From Verrucomicrobiota bacterium (GTDB taxonomy: Bacteria > Verrucomicrobiota > Verrucomicrobiia > CAIQCK01), in the NCBI GenBank assembly GCA_026397915.1, contig JAPLTX010000045.1:152561-216560 (forward strand): a stretch of DNA of 64,000 nucleotides, read 5' to 3'. Below, piece after piece: positions 39,649 through 48,609 of this stretch. Both the position numbers and the translations under genes were made by a program. Below the pieces are notes generated by a model. It was given only the letters and a program-made list of their open reading frames with translations. It did not search any database and was not told where the DNA came from. The stretch's first letter is position 1. Every line of letters begins with the position of its first letter.

Positions 39649-40029
39649 TCAAGCCTGCGCCCCACCAGCCCAACCCGCTTCCGAATGCGCGACGATATCC
39701 AGCCGCTTCGGATGAATGCATAGCGTGCCCGTGCCGGTGGGTGCCGCGAAATCACAACCTTCCGCAGGAGGGGCGAGACATTCCACATGAGTCCCCTTTC
39801 CATAACGCCGCGCGCGGCAGCTCGGCGATCCTGGGAAAACCTTCACCGCCGGCAGTCCCACACGGCTTTTACCGCGTCCTGCGTTTGAGTCAGCCGCCTG
39901 CGTTGCTCCCACTGCCGGCAGTCCCACCCGGCTCTTGCCTCGTGCCGGGTTCATGCCAGCCATCGGTGCTGCTCCCACCGCCGGCAATCCTATCTTGCTC
40001 TTGCCACGTCCTGGATTTGTCTCAGCCAT
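39649..40029 (-). CDS. Small protein with three RGKSxxGLPAV repeats and a Cys4/His C-terminal domain
   Basis: AGGAG upstream of ATG 40029; repeats with 63/66-nt period; C-x12-C-x7-C-x11-CxHP tail. Confidence 0.6.
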   Translation of the reverse strand: MAETNPGRGKSKIGLPAVGAAPMAGMNPARGKSRVGLPAVGATQAADSNAGRGKSRVGLPAVKVFPGSPSCRARRYGKGTHVECLAPPAEGCDFAAPTGTGTLCIHPKRLDIVAHSEAGWAGGAQA

Positions 40030-40198
40030 CTGTTTAGCTCCTGACACGTCCTTGTTCAACCGCGTCTCAAAACTGCCGCTCCTCTGTTTCTATCACGCTG
40101 CAAAATAAAAACACCAGCTTTTCGTTTCAGTTGCGTCGCGCGACCGTTGTTGCTAAACACCCATCGCCGTTTCGCAGACCAAACTTCGGAACCACATC

Positions 40199-41317
40199 AT
40201 GAACAAAACCGTTTGCGCACTACTCGCCACGCTCTTGCTCGCGCCGGCCTTATCCAATCTTCCTGCCGCCACCGCCGCGGAACCCGCCCGCCGCAACATC
40301 GTCTCGCCGGAAGTCCGCGCCGACCGCACCGTCACGTTCCGGCTTCTCGCGCCAAAGGTCGCGCAGGTCGTCCTCAACGCCGAGTTCGGACGCCAGCCGA
40401 TGACCAAGGACGACAGCGGCCTCTGGAGCGTCACCGTCGGCCCGCTGGATCCCGACATCTACGCCTACACCTTCAGCGTGGACGGCGTCACCACCGTGGA
40501 CCCGCTCAACGGCCTCGTGAAGACCGGCCGCTCCACGCAGAACCTCGTCGAGGTGCCCGCCGCGTCGCCCGCGTTCTACGCCCCGCGCAACGTCCCCCAC
40601 GGCGCCGTCACCGTCCAGTGGTATCACTCCAAGTCCCTCGGCAAGCTGCGCCGCATGCACGTCTATACGCCGCCCGGTTACGACCAGACTCGCAGCACAG
40701 AATTCCCCGTCCTCTATCTCCTGCACGGCTCTGGCGACGATGACAGCGGCTGGACATGGATCGGCCGCGCCAACTTCATCGCCGACAACCTCATAGCTGA
40801 ACACAAATCCAAGCCCATGATCATCGTCATGCCGGCGGGCCACGCCCTCCCGCCGCCCGCTCCCGGCGAAGGCAAGGAGCACTACGGGCGCAACACCGTG
40901 GCGTTTCAGGACGACCTGCTCAAGGACATCACCCCCTTCGTCGAGCTACACTACCGCGTAGCATCCGGCCGCGAGCGTTGCGCACTCACCGGCCTCTCCA
41001 TGGGCGGCGGCCAATCCCTCGCCATCGGCCTGACCCACCTCGACCGGTTCGCGTGGATCGGCGCATTCAGCTCCGGCGGCGGCAGTCTCGGCGGCGACCC
41101 GGACAAACTGCTCGCAGACGCCAAAGAGATGAACAGCAAACTCCGCCTCCTCTGGATCGCCTGCGGCAAACAGGACTTCCTCTACAAGATCAACCAGGAG
41201 TTCGACGCCCTGCTCACCAGCCGTCAGATCACCCACGAGTTTCACGCCACCGAAGGCACCCACACCTGGCGGCTCTGGCGTCCCCACCTCCGCGACTTCC
41301 TCCAACGGCTCTTCTGA
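40199..41317 (+). CDS. Secreted esterase (E-set/CBM48-like domain + CE1-type alpha/beta hydrolase)
   Basis: SPEV...TVTFR, VYTPPGY, YLLHG, GLSMGG nucleophile elbow, HTW..W. Confidence 0.88.
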   Translation: MNKTVCALLATLLLAPALSNLPAATAAEPARRNIVSPEVRADRTVTFRLLAPKVAQVVLNAEFGRQPMTKDDSGLWSVTVGPLDPDIYAYTFSVDGVTTVDPLNGLVKTGRSTQNLVEVPAASPAFYAPRNVPHGAVTVQWYHSKSLGKLRRMHVYTPPGYDQTRSTEFPVLYLLHGSGDDDSGWTWIGRANFIADNLIAEHKSKPMIIVMPAGHALPPPAPGEGKEHYGRNTVAFQDDLLKDITPFVELHYRVASGRERCALTGLSMGGGQSLAIGLTHLDRFAWIGAFSSGGGSLGGDPDKLLADAKEMNSKLRLLWIACGKQDFLYKINQEFDALLTSRQITHEFHATEGTHTWRLWRPHLRDFLQRLF

Positions 41318-41327
41318 GAATTCCCCT

Positions 41328-41394
41328 GTAGGCCGCGTGCCCTCACGCGGCGAACCCATCTTCAACAAACCGCCGCGTCGGGGACGCGACCTAC
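41328..41394. repeat. GTAG REP doublet (third sequence family)
   Basis: GTAGGCCGCGTGCCCTCACGCGGCG ... CGCCGCGTCGGGGACGCGACCTAC; partial copy at 42050-42067. Confidence 0.7.
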
Positions 41395-41459
41395 AATCCA
41401 TTGCCACAGGTAAGCTGTCCCCCAAGCGAAAATGAGTCCGGTCCGAGGCATCTGCCGGC

Positions 41460-41817
41460 TTGGACATGGTTTTGCCCCCCCTCTGACAAGCCAAGGTCAG
41501 CCTTGGACAAGCCATCTTTCGTCCCGCCAATAACCAAATCCGCGAAGGAAAAGGTTAATGGAGAGCTTCATAAAACTAAATCCCTCAATGAAAAGGTAAA
41601 TGAAGCGCCTCCTAAAACATCTTTCCTCAACAAAAAGGTAAATGGAAGGCGTCCTAAAACTAAATGATTGAAGGAAAAGGTTAATGGAGAGCGTTCTAAA
41701 ACATCTTTATTGAGGGAAAAGGTAAGAGAAACGACCAACAAAACTAAATCATTCAAGGAAAAGGTTAATGGAAAGGCTTCAAAAGGAAGAGAAAAGCCTC
41801 CAAAAGCATGTTTTTGG
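41460..41817. repeat. A-rich degenerate tandem array, 21-nt period with 42/84-nt superperiod
   Basis: Six 42-mers at 41545-41796 (core AAAAGGTWAATG...AAAACWWMWT) with looser 21-mers either side. Confidence 0.85.
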
Positions 41818-41973
41818 CCCAAAAACCGCTTGGACGAGCCGGACTAGGCATTCCCCTGTGCAAAAATAGCCACTTCCAGCCCGGATTGCCCCTGTTCCGC
41901 GCCGCCGATGAGTCATTGTCTGAGGCAGATTCCCCACCGCCGCCCACATCGGAACCGCCGCCGAAAACCCCTC

Positions 41974-42001
41974 CTTTGCGCCTCTGCGCCTTTGCGTGAG
42001 A
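41974..42001. repeat. Short dispersed-type repeat CTTTGCGCCTCTGCGCCTTTGCGTGAGA
   Basis: 8-nt iterated CTYTGCG unit; a comparable iterated TTTCGCG motif lies at about 39612-39633. Confidence 0.55.
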
Positions 42002-42332
42002 CTCCGTCATCTCCTTCACGCGGCAAAACCAACCTCACTCACCCATCCTGTCAGGGACGCGGCCTACATGCCATGTGTTCCGTCATCTGGCCGCTAAAGG
42101 AAAGACAAAGGCGATGATTGCTTTCGATACCGTTTTCAATTTGACGAACCACGCTGATGAAAAATAGTATGCGCACAGGTGATATGACTGTGGGAGACTC
42201 AACGCAGGAGGCATGATGACCAGTGGTCCGAATAACACAGCAAACTCCTCTTCGCCTCTTGTCCCACAAAGTCCTCTAACCGTCGAACACCAGCAAACGT
42301 GCCTCAACCGCTCATGCTAGAAAGACGACCAC

Positions 42333-43169
42333 ATGCCACTGCCACCAGACTTCAAAGAAACACTCCGCCACAAGACGGATGAACAGCTTTACGATATGCT
42401 AGTTCACAAAGCTGATTATCTTCCTGAAACCCTTGATGCCACGAGAACAGAGCTAAACCGCCGAAACTTACCCGTCGAAGAACAAACCGAACCCGCGGTT
42501 CCCGTCGAGACCACAGAAGCCAAACCGCAAACGACAAAATTCCAAACAACTCTGACATTCATCGGCATCCTCTGCGCTATCCTCTTTGTCTCTGCAGTCT
42601 GTAGGGGAATTGTTAGAGATCTTATGAAGGGCTGGTTGCAATCAAGAAACACCGCAGAACAGGCTCCGCAAAGATACGAAGACCAAGATTGGCAAGGCAG
42701 GACTTGCAGCGGTCTAACTTTGCAGGCTCCATTCCCCTTGTTATCTCGCGGGGACAAATCGGCTGATTTCTCTCCAGGATTGCGAGCAACCATTGAACGC
42801 GCTGATGGGTTTGAGGCAAATACGCGATCCATCAAGGTCACCGTCGATTGCACCGTCTACAAAGAAAGTGCCAAACTAGATCCGAATGTTGACCGCGCCC
42901 TCGACCGCTCTATAAACGCTGTATTGAATGTCGCCGCCAAACAAGCAGGCATAAACAACCCAGATTGGAAAGTTGACAGGATCGAGGTCAGCGGTCTGAA
43001 CGCAAGGCGTGCAAACTGGGTGGTAAAACGAACTCCTCAGTATATCTACTGCGCAGTCGTTGTAATCCAAAAAGGAAAGCGATCATGGATGGTTGTAGCC
43101 TTTTCCGAATCCGAAGACGCGGCAGTGATTGTCAATCGGATGCTGGATTCAATTCAGATCAGCCACTGA
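42333..43169 (+). CDS. Low-GC single-pass membrane hypothetical protein
   Basis: N-terminal KTDEQLY...YLPE.LDA...EL..R motif, one TM helix, extracellular alpha/beta domain; promoter TTGACG-18-TAGTAT (42141-42170). Confidence 0.7.
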   Translation: MPLPPDFKETLRHKTDEQLYDMLVHKADYLPETLDATRTELNRRNLPVEEQTEPAVPVETTEAKPQTTKFQTTLTFIGILCAILFVSAVCRGIVRDLMKGWLQSRNTAEQAPQRYEDQDWQGRTCSGLTLQAPFPLLSRGDKSADFSPGLRATIERADGFEANTRSIKVTVDCTVYKESAKLDPNVDRALDRSINAVLNVAAKQAGINNPDWKVDRIEVSGLNARRANWVVKRTPQYIYCAVVVIQKGKRSWMVVAFSESEDAAVIVNRMLDSIQISH

Positions 43170-43241
43170 ATATGTTCATCCGCGAAGTGGATCGCACCGA
43201 CTTGGGCGCACGGTCATACTACGTCGCAATAAGTGAGCACG

Positions 43242-43359
43242 CTAAATCCCAAACCCGTCCCGATACTGCTTGCGGATGAGGGCGTCGGCTTCGGGGACAT
43301 TCTTGGCGCGCATCTTGGCGGCGTCCCATTCGATCCGCTTCTGCAGGCGCGTGGCAAGG
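43242..43359 (-). pseudogene. Orphan 3' fragment of a Gfo/Idh/MocA gene (duplicate of 44736-44853)
   Basis: 118 nt, 13 mismatches by manual alignment; encodes LATRLQKRIEWDAAKMRAKNVPEADALIRKQYRDGFGI*. Confidence 0.88.
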
Positions 43360-43400
43360 CTCTGCCAGCCGGCATTCCATCCATGAATTGAGGGCTTGCC

Positions 43401-44543
43401 TCAATAGGTGATCAGCGCGGGAACCATGTCATTGGCGAGCGGGCTGCCAAGGCCGGTGACTTCGTCGTAGCCCAAGGTGTCGGAATAGCCGCCATTGCTG
43501 CCGGAGATAACGTCACGATAGTAAAGGTTGAAGTTCAACGGGCTGCCCAAAGTGTAAAGCGCCGGGTCGGCCAAGCCGAGCGGGGAGGTGCGGGAAGCGT
43601 TGGCCAACGCAATGAGCGCGGCCCACTGGGGCGCGCCAGCGCTGGTGCCGCCAACTTGGAACCAACCCTTTCTGCCGTAGTAGCTGGTGCTGTCGTAAAC
43701 CGGGAAGCCGGTGCTTGGGTCGGCGTCGTAGCTCACGTCGGGAACCATGCGTTTGCCGGAGCTTTGCCAAGCTTGCTGGAACGCCGGCTCGGGGGTGTAG
43801 GCGCTGGTGCCGCCGCCGCTGCCGGACCAACCGATTTCGGAAAGCACATTGCCGGTGCTGCCCAGCTTAAGCGTGGTTCCGCCGACGGCCACCACGTAGG
43901 GCGAAACCGCCGGCCACAGCACGCCCGCACCGTTGTCACCCGAGGATGCGGTAAAGGTAACGCCCGCCCGGTTGAAGTGGAAGTCGTAGGCGGATTGGCC
44001 CGAAAACTCCGACGCGCCCCAGCTCATGGAAACCTGGGAAGCACCGAGTTTGACCGCGTAATCCACAGCGCCGAGGAGGTTGTTGAGGCTGGCGGTCTTT
44101 GCCACAACAAGCAGGATGGTGGCTTTCGGCGCGATCGCATGCGCCCACTCCACATCGAGCGCGGTTTCCAATGCCCACCCGCTATCGCCCTTGGAGGGCT
44201 TCCCTTGGGGATAGTAAATCAGGACGCTGGTCGTCGGCAAACCGAACTGTTTGCAAAAGACGTTGAGGTCGTTCTGGATCGTCGTGCTGCCGTAAGCGTC
44301 CACAATCGCGATCTTCTGGCCCGCTCCGTTGCTCGTGAACTGGTCGAACCCATAAGCGTGCCGAATCTGTGCCGGTGTGTAACCGGCGGGACCCGCCGTC
44401 GCTGCAAAGCGGATGTGAAAAGGCGGCAGGGCCTCGTCTTCCATCGAACGGTGGCGCCGGTAAACCCGTTCTTCACCAAACGTGGTGGAACCAACAACGC
44501 CACAAAGCAACAACACGCAGGCGGCAAAATGACTTCTGTTCAT
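43401..44543 (-). CDS. S53 family (sedolisin-like) serine peptidase
   Basis: ETALDVEW, SMSWG, ASSGD, VPDVS, GGTSAGAP, YDEVTGLGSP; signal peptide, no full prodomain. Confidence 0.9.
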   Translation of the reverse strand: MNRSHFAACVLLLCGVVGSTTFGEERVYRRHRSMEDEALPPFHIRFAATAGPAGYTPAQIRHAYGFDQFTSNGAGQKIAIVDAYGSTTIQNDLNVFCKQFGLPTTSVLIYYPQGKPSKGDSGWALETALDVEWAHAIAPKATILLVVAKTASLNNLLGAVDYAVKLGASQVSMSWGASEFSGQSAYDFHFNRAGVTFTASSGDNGAGVLWPAVSPYVVAVGGTTLKLGSTGNVLSEIGWSGSGGGTSAYTPEPAFQQAWQSSGKRMVPDVSYDADPSTGFPVYDSTSYYGRKGWFQVGGTSAGAPQWAALIALANASRTSPLGLADPALYTLGSPLNFNLYYRDVISGSNGGYSDTLGYDEVTGLGSPLANDMVPALITY

Positions 44544-44735
44544 TTGAGTTCTTCCTTGCAGCACTTTGCTAAATCACACTCTCGGCTACAATGAGGGGAA
44601 CGTTGCACACCACCTCTCTGTTGTCAAAGGCCAACCCTGCACGAGAAATGCCGAGCCAAAGAGAAACACAGGTTGGCGCCGGCCCTAGCCGCCATCGTCA
44701 CCGCTCTGGTTGTGAAAGCCGCCGAAAGTTTCCCG

Positions 44736-46079
44736 CTAGATTCCAAACCCGTCGCGGTAATGTTTGCGGATGAGGGCGTCGGCTTCGGGGCAGTTCTTGG
44801 CGCGCATCTTGGCGGCATCCCATTCGATCCGCTTCTGCAAACGCGTGGCGAGGTTGCCCACCAGCAACGCCTCGGTGTAGGGACCGGAGTAGGCAAAGCC
44901 GGCCTTGGCGTTCTGGGGCTTGCGCGCTTTGCAGGCATCCACCCATTCGGCGCGATGGCCGATGGAGCGCGCGAGGGTCTTGGGCGGACGCTTGAAGTCC
45001 TGCATCCGGCTCTCCGGGAGCAGTCGCGGCGCGCCACACCAGCCGCCGCAGAGCATGGAGCCTTTGTCGCCGATGAAGAGGATGCCGTTGTCGTCCAGCT
45101 CGCGGCCGGCTTCGAGGTCGGCGGGGCGGGCGGGTTTCTTGCCGCCGTCATACCAGTAGAGTTTGAGGGCGGGACGCCCGCCCTTGGCGGCAAACTCGTA
45201 GGTGATGATCTGCCACAAGGGATAGGATTCCTTCTTGAGCGGGCTGCTCTGGCATTCGGTGGCAACGGGCGCGCCGAGGTCGAGGGCGAAGAAGGCGGGG
45301 TCCATGTTGTGGATGGCCATGTCGCCCATCGCGCCAGTGCCGAAGTCGAACCAGCCGCGCCATGTCCTCGGAAGGTAGCAGGGATGATACGGCCGTTCCG
45401 GGGCCGCGCCGAGCCAGAGGTTCCAGTCGAGCTTCTCGGGAACGGGCGGCGTCTCGGTGGGGCGGTCGAGGTCCTGCGTCCAGAACTTGCCGGGACGGTC
45501 GCTCCAGCAATGGACTTCCTTGACGGTGCCGATGGCGCCGGCTTGGATCCATTCCTTGGTGAGGCGCAGGCCCTCGCTGGCGTGGCCGTTGTTGCCCATC
45601 TGGGTGACGAGGCCGGTCTTCTTGGCCATGCGGGTCATGACGCGCGCCTCCTCGATGGAGTGGGCCATCGGTTTCTCGACATAGACGTGTTTGCCGGCGC
45701 GCAACGCGGCCATGGTGATGGGCGCGTGCATGTGGTCCGGCGTGCCGATGACGACGGCGTCCACGTCCTTGAGCTTCTCCAGCATGACGCGGTAATCGGT
45801 GAACTTCTCGGCGTTGGGGAAGGTCTTGGCGGTGCGCTCGGCGTATTTCCAATCCACGTCGCAGAGGGCGACGATGTTCTGGCTGGAGATGGCCGGGTCG
45901 CGCAACACTCCCCCACCCTGCCCGCCGATGCCGATGCCCGCGACGTTGAGCTTCTCGCTCGGCGGAATGACGCCCCGGCCGAGGACGGAGCGCGGCACGA
46001 TCTGAAAGGCGAAGGTCGCGACCGTCGCGCGGCGAAGGAAACTGCGGCGGGAGATGGAGGAAGAGTTCTGTGTATTCAT
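44736..46079 (-). CDS. Tat-exported Gfo/Idh/MocA oxidoreductase
   Basis: SRRSFL, GIGIGGQG, TPDHMH, HVYVEKP, GAMGDMAIH. Confidence 0.9.
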   Translation of the reverse strand: MNTQNSSSISRRSFLRRATVATFAFQIVPRSVLGRGVIPPSEKLNVAGIGIGGQGGGVLRDPAISSQNIVALCDVDWKYAERTAKTFPNAEKFTDYRVMLEKLKDVDAVVIGTPDHMHAPITMAALRAGKHVYVEKPMAHSIEEARVMTRMAKKTGLVTQMGNNGHASEGLRLTKEWIQAGAIGTVKEVHCWSDRPGKFWTQDLDRPTETPPVPEKLDWNLWLGAAPERPYHPCYLPRTWRGWFDFGTGAMGDMAIHNMDPAFFALDLGAPVATECQSSPLKKESYPLWQIITYEFAAKGGRPALKLYWYDGGKKPARPADLEAGRELDDNGILFIGDKGSMLCGGWCGAPRLLPESRMQDFKRPPKTLARSIGHRAEWVDACKARKPQNAKAGFAYSGPYTEALLVGNLATRLQKRIEWDAAKMRAKNCPEADALIRKHYRDGFGI

Positions 46080-46134
46080 TGGTGGTGAAGTTTCGGGAAG
46101 CATTAGCGGAGCGGCAGGAGGATTCAATCCCATA

Positions 46135-46198
46135 GTAGTCCTCACGCTCCGCGTGAGGTTTCGTTACAACACCGCATCACGCGGAGCGTGATGACTAC
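46135..46198. repeat. GTAG REP doublet (same family as 7977-8039)
   Basis: GTAGTCCTCACGCTCCGCGTGAG ... CATCACGCGGAGCGTGATGACTAC. Confidence 0.8.
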
Positions 46199-47379
46199 TA
46201 TCCCAGCATTGCCAGCGGGTTCTGTCGCGTCTTCAACGGGAACGTCACGTGCTGGCCGTTCAGCCGGTGCGACTCGAAGACGGCGCAAATCATTTCCACG
46301 ACCACGCGGCCATCGAGCGCGCTGCAAAGCGGCGCGCGGTTCTCGCGCATCGCCGCGATGAGGTCGCGGCCGGCGAACAGATGGCGGTTTCCAGTCTCCT
46401 TCACCTCGGCCAGCGGCTCCGGTTTCCCAAGGCCGGCGGAGCTGATCGGCACCCAGATGCGCGGCCTGCCCGGCAGGAACGGACTGCCTGCCAGAAGCTG
46501 CACCAACGGCTCCTTGTCCGAGCGCACGTCCACGATTCCTTTCGTGCCAACGAGCTGCAAACCGAACCCCGTGCCCTTCTCCCCTGCGCCTTGAACCGAA
46601 TCAAAGAACAACGGCACGCCCCGCTCCATCTCGAAGCGCGCGTGAACTTCGTTGCCCGCCAGCGGCCCGACGCCCTCGTCGCCATCCTTCACGTCGCCGC
46701 GCACGACCGGCCGCCCGCCCTGCAAGAGTGTCGCCGAACAAGCGAGCGGTTTGCCTCCGAAATAAGTCGCGAGATTCAACACATGCGAACCCAGCACCCA
46801 CAAGTCCAGTGCCCCGCCGCGCGAATCTTCCTTCCCCCGGGCGCGCAACTCCAATAACCGACCGATGCCGCCCTCCCTCAACAATCTCTCCACCACCGGC
46901 AACACCGGGTGATAACGCCCCACGTGCGCCAACGCCAGCTTCACCTGCCGTCGTTCGCATGCCGCCACAATCTCGTCCGCTTCCGCCGGCGTGCGGCAGA
47001 ACGGCTTCTCGCTGTAGATACCGCGCGCGCCCGCCTCCACCGCCGCGAGCGCCATGTCCCGATGTTCGTCAACAAATCGCGGCGCAATCGCCACGATGTC
47101 CGGCTTTGTCTCCGCGAGCATCGCGCGGTAGTCGGCACAACCTCTGGCGAGCTTGAGCTTCTTTACTTCCGCCGCCAGCCCCTTCTCGTCGGCGTCCGCA
47201 ACGCCAACAATCTCCGTCTCCGGCAGCCGCAACCACATCGTGTCCAGTCCGTGCCCGTAGTTGCCCCGCCCCGTGTGACCGATGACGGCGACGCGGAGTT
47301 TTCGAGCCGGCTCGGCCGCGCGGGAAGCGAGGGCGGCGCTGGAAGCGATGGAAGCAGCGAGAAATTCACGACGGTTCAT
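46198..47379 (-). CDS. Tat-exported Gfo/Idh/MocA oxidoreductase
   Basis: NRREFL, GHTGRGNYGHG, EKP; AGGAG RBS. Confidence 0.88.
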   Translation of the reverse strand: MNRREFLAASIASSAALASRAAEPARKLRVAVIGHTGRGNYGHGLDTMWLRLPETEIVGVADADEKGLAAEVKKLKLARGCADYRAMLAETKPDIVAIAPRFVDEHRDMALAAVEAGARGIYSEKPFCRTPAEADEIVAACERRQVKLALAHVGRYHPVLPVVERLLREGGIGRLLELRARGKEDSRGGALDLWVLGSHVLNLATYFGGKPLACSATLLQGGRPVVRGDVKDGDEGVGPLAGNEVHARFEMERGVPLFFDSVQGAGEKGTGFGLQLVGTKGIVDVRSDKEPLVQLLAGSPFLPGRPRIWVPISSAGLGKPEPLAEVKETGNRHLFAGRDLIAAMRENRAPLCSALDGRVVVEMICAVFESHRLNGQHVTFPLKTRQNPLAMLG

Positions 47380-47409
47380 AGCAGGAGTCTCCTTTGCATG
47401 GGCGCGATT

Positions 47410-48609
47410 CTACTTTCCGCCAGTAAGCCATTCGAGATTGAAACGGGCGTAGTGCAGTTCATCCCAATAGTGTGTGCTGTCTTTGTTGCCGCGCTCGTAA
47501 ACAAGAGCCACGGTCCCGTCGTCGAGCACAGCAATGTCGGAGTAGGAAGAGGGATGCGGCCAGACAGTCCTCCCCGCTCCCCACACCGAACCTTCGTCCA
47601 CGCTCACGCGGACAGTGAGGTTAGTGCGGCCGTAGGGATGTTCTTCCCGGCGAAGGTTCGACGCCGGGCTGGAGAACAGCAGCCGCCTCTTGTCGTAGCG
47701 TTCCACCGCCCCGTGGCAGCGCGGTGTAATGAGTTCCTCCGCGCGGCGGAGCGGCCCCCAGGTTTCGCCGCCGTCGCGGCTGATCGCCACGCGATGGCGG
47801 AGGTTGGCCGGCGAGTCTGCGGAGCTTTCATCGCGACTGATGAGCATCACGTCGCCGTTGGCTTGCTCAACCAACTGGCATTCGCTCGTGTTCACGCCCA
47901 CCGTGCCGCCGAGCTTCCACGCCGCGCCATGATCGTCGCTATAGAAGCAATGTGCGAAGCTGCGCAGCCTGCCATTGCCGACGTCCTCGCGATGGCGCGC
48001 CGGCACGATGAGGCGGCCAGCCTTAGCGCCGGAGCGAAGCTGGATCATCGCATTGTCCGGCCCGACACCGTAGCGTTGATGCCAGCCCCGCGCCCACACG
48101 GCCGCGTGGCTTTTGCTGGACGGGCTGGCCCGATCGGGTCTTGCAGAGACGACTTTCTCCCATTCAGGCTTTGTGACCTGCGCGTGAATCGAAACCGGTC
48201 CCTGCCATGTCGCGCCGCTGTCGGCGCTGGTCATGCAGGCGAACTGCTTCTTGTCGCGCACGAAGAAGAGCCAGAGCTTTTTCGTGTCGCGGTCGAGGCC
48301 CACGGTGATGTCGGCACACACACGGTCGCCGTCGTCGAGGACGACTTGCTCAGCGCTCCATGTGCGCCCCTTGTCGCGACTGCGTTTGAGAACGATGTCG
48401 GTGTTGCCAACGTCTCCTGGCCCGTCGTTGCGCTTCTCAGCGAAGATGAGCAGGTCGCCGTTCGGTGCTTGGAGGATCGCCGGGATGCGGTAGTTCGGCT
48501 TGTTCTTCGGCGCGATGGGAAAGACGCATGTCGTTTCAAACAGCGGCTCGGCGGCCTGCAAGCTGCCAGCTAGCAAGAGAACCAAAACAGGGAGCAGCGC
48601 ACGCGTCAT
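47410..48609 (-). CDS. Secreted sialidase (GH33-like, BNR repeats)
   Basis: YRIP, Asp boxes (SRDKGRTW, SDDHGAAW, SRDGGETW), SSYSD. Confidence 0.87.
   Translation of the reverse strand: MTRALLPVLVLLLAGSLQAAEPLFETTCVFPIAPKNKPNYRIPAILQAPNGDLLIFAEKRNDGPGDVGNTDIVLKRSRDKGRTWSAEQVVLDDGDRVCADITVGLDRDTKKLWLFFVRDKKQFACMTSADSGATWQGPVSIHAQVTKPEWEKVVSARPDRASPSSKSHAAVWARGWHQRYGVGPDNAMIQLRSGAKAGRLIVPARHREDVGNGRLRSFAHCFYSDDHGAAWKLGGTVGVNTSECQLVEQANGDVMLISRDESSADSPANLRHRVAISRDGGETWGPLRRAEELITPRCHGAVERYDKRRLLFSSPASNLRREEHPYGRTNLTVRVSVDEGSVWGAGRTVWPHPSSYSDIAVLDDGTVALVYERGNKDSTHYWDELHYARFNLEWLTGGK

Noticed and set aside
41545-41796. CRISPR or TIGR array
   Set aside because: Repeats are short and degenerate, variable parts resemble each other, no box C/D motifs, and no cas or Nop-domain gene in the window.
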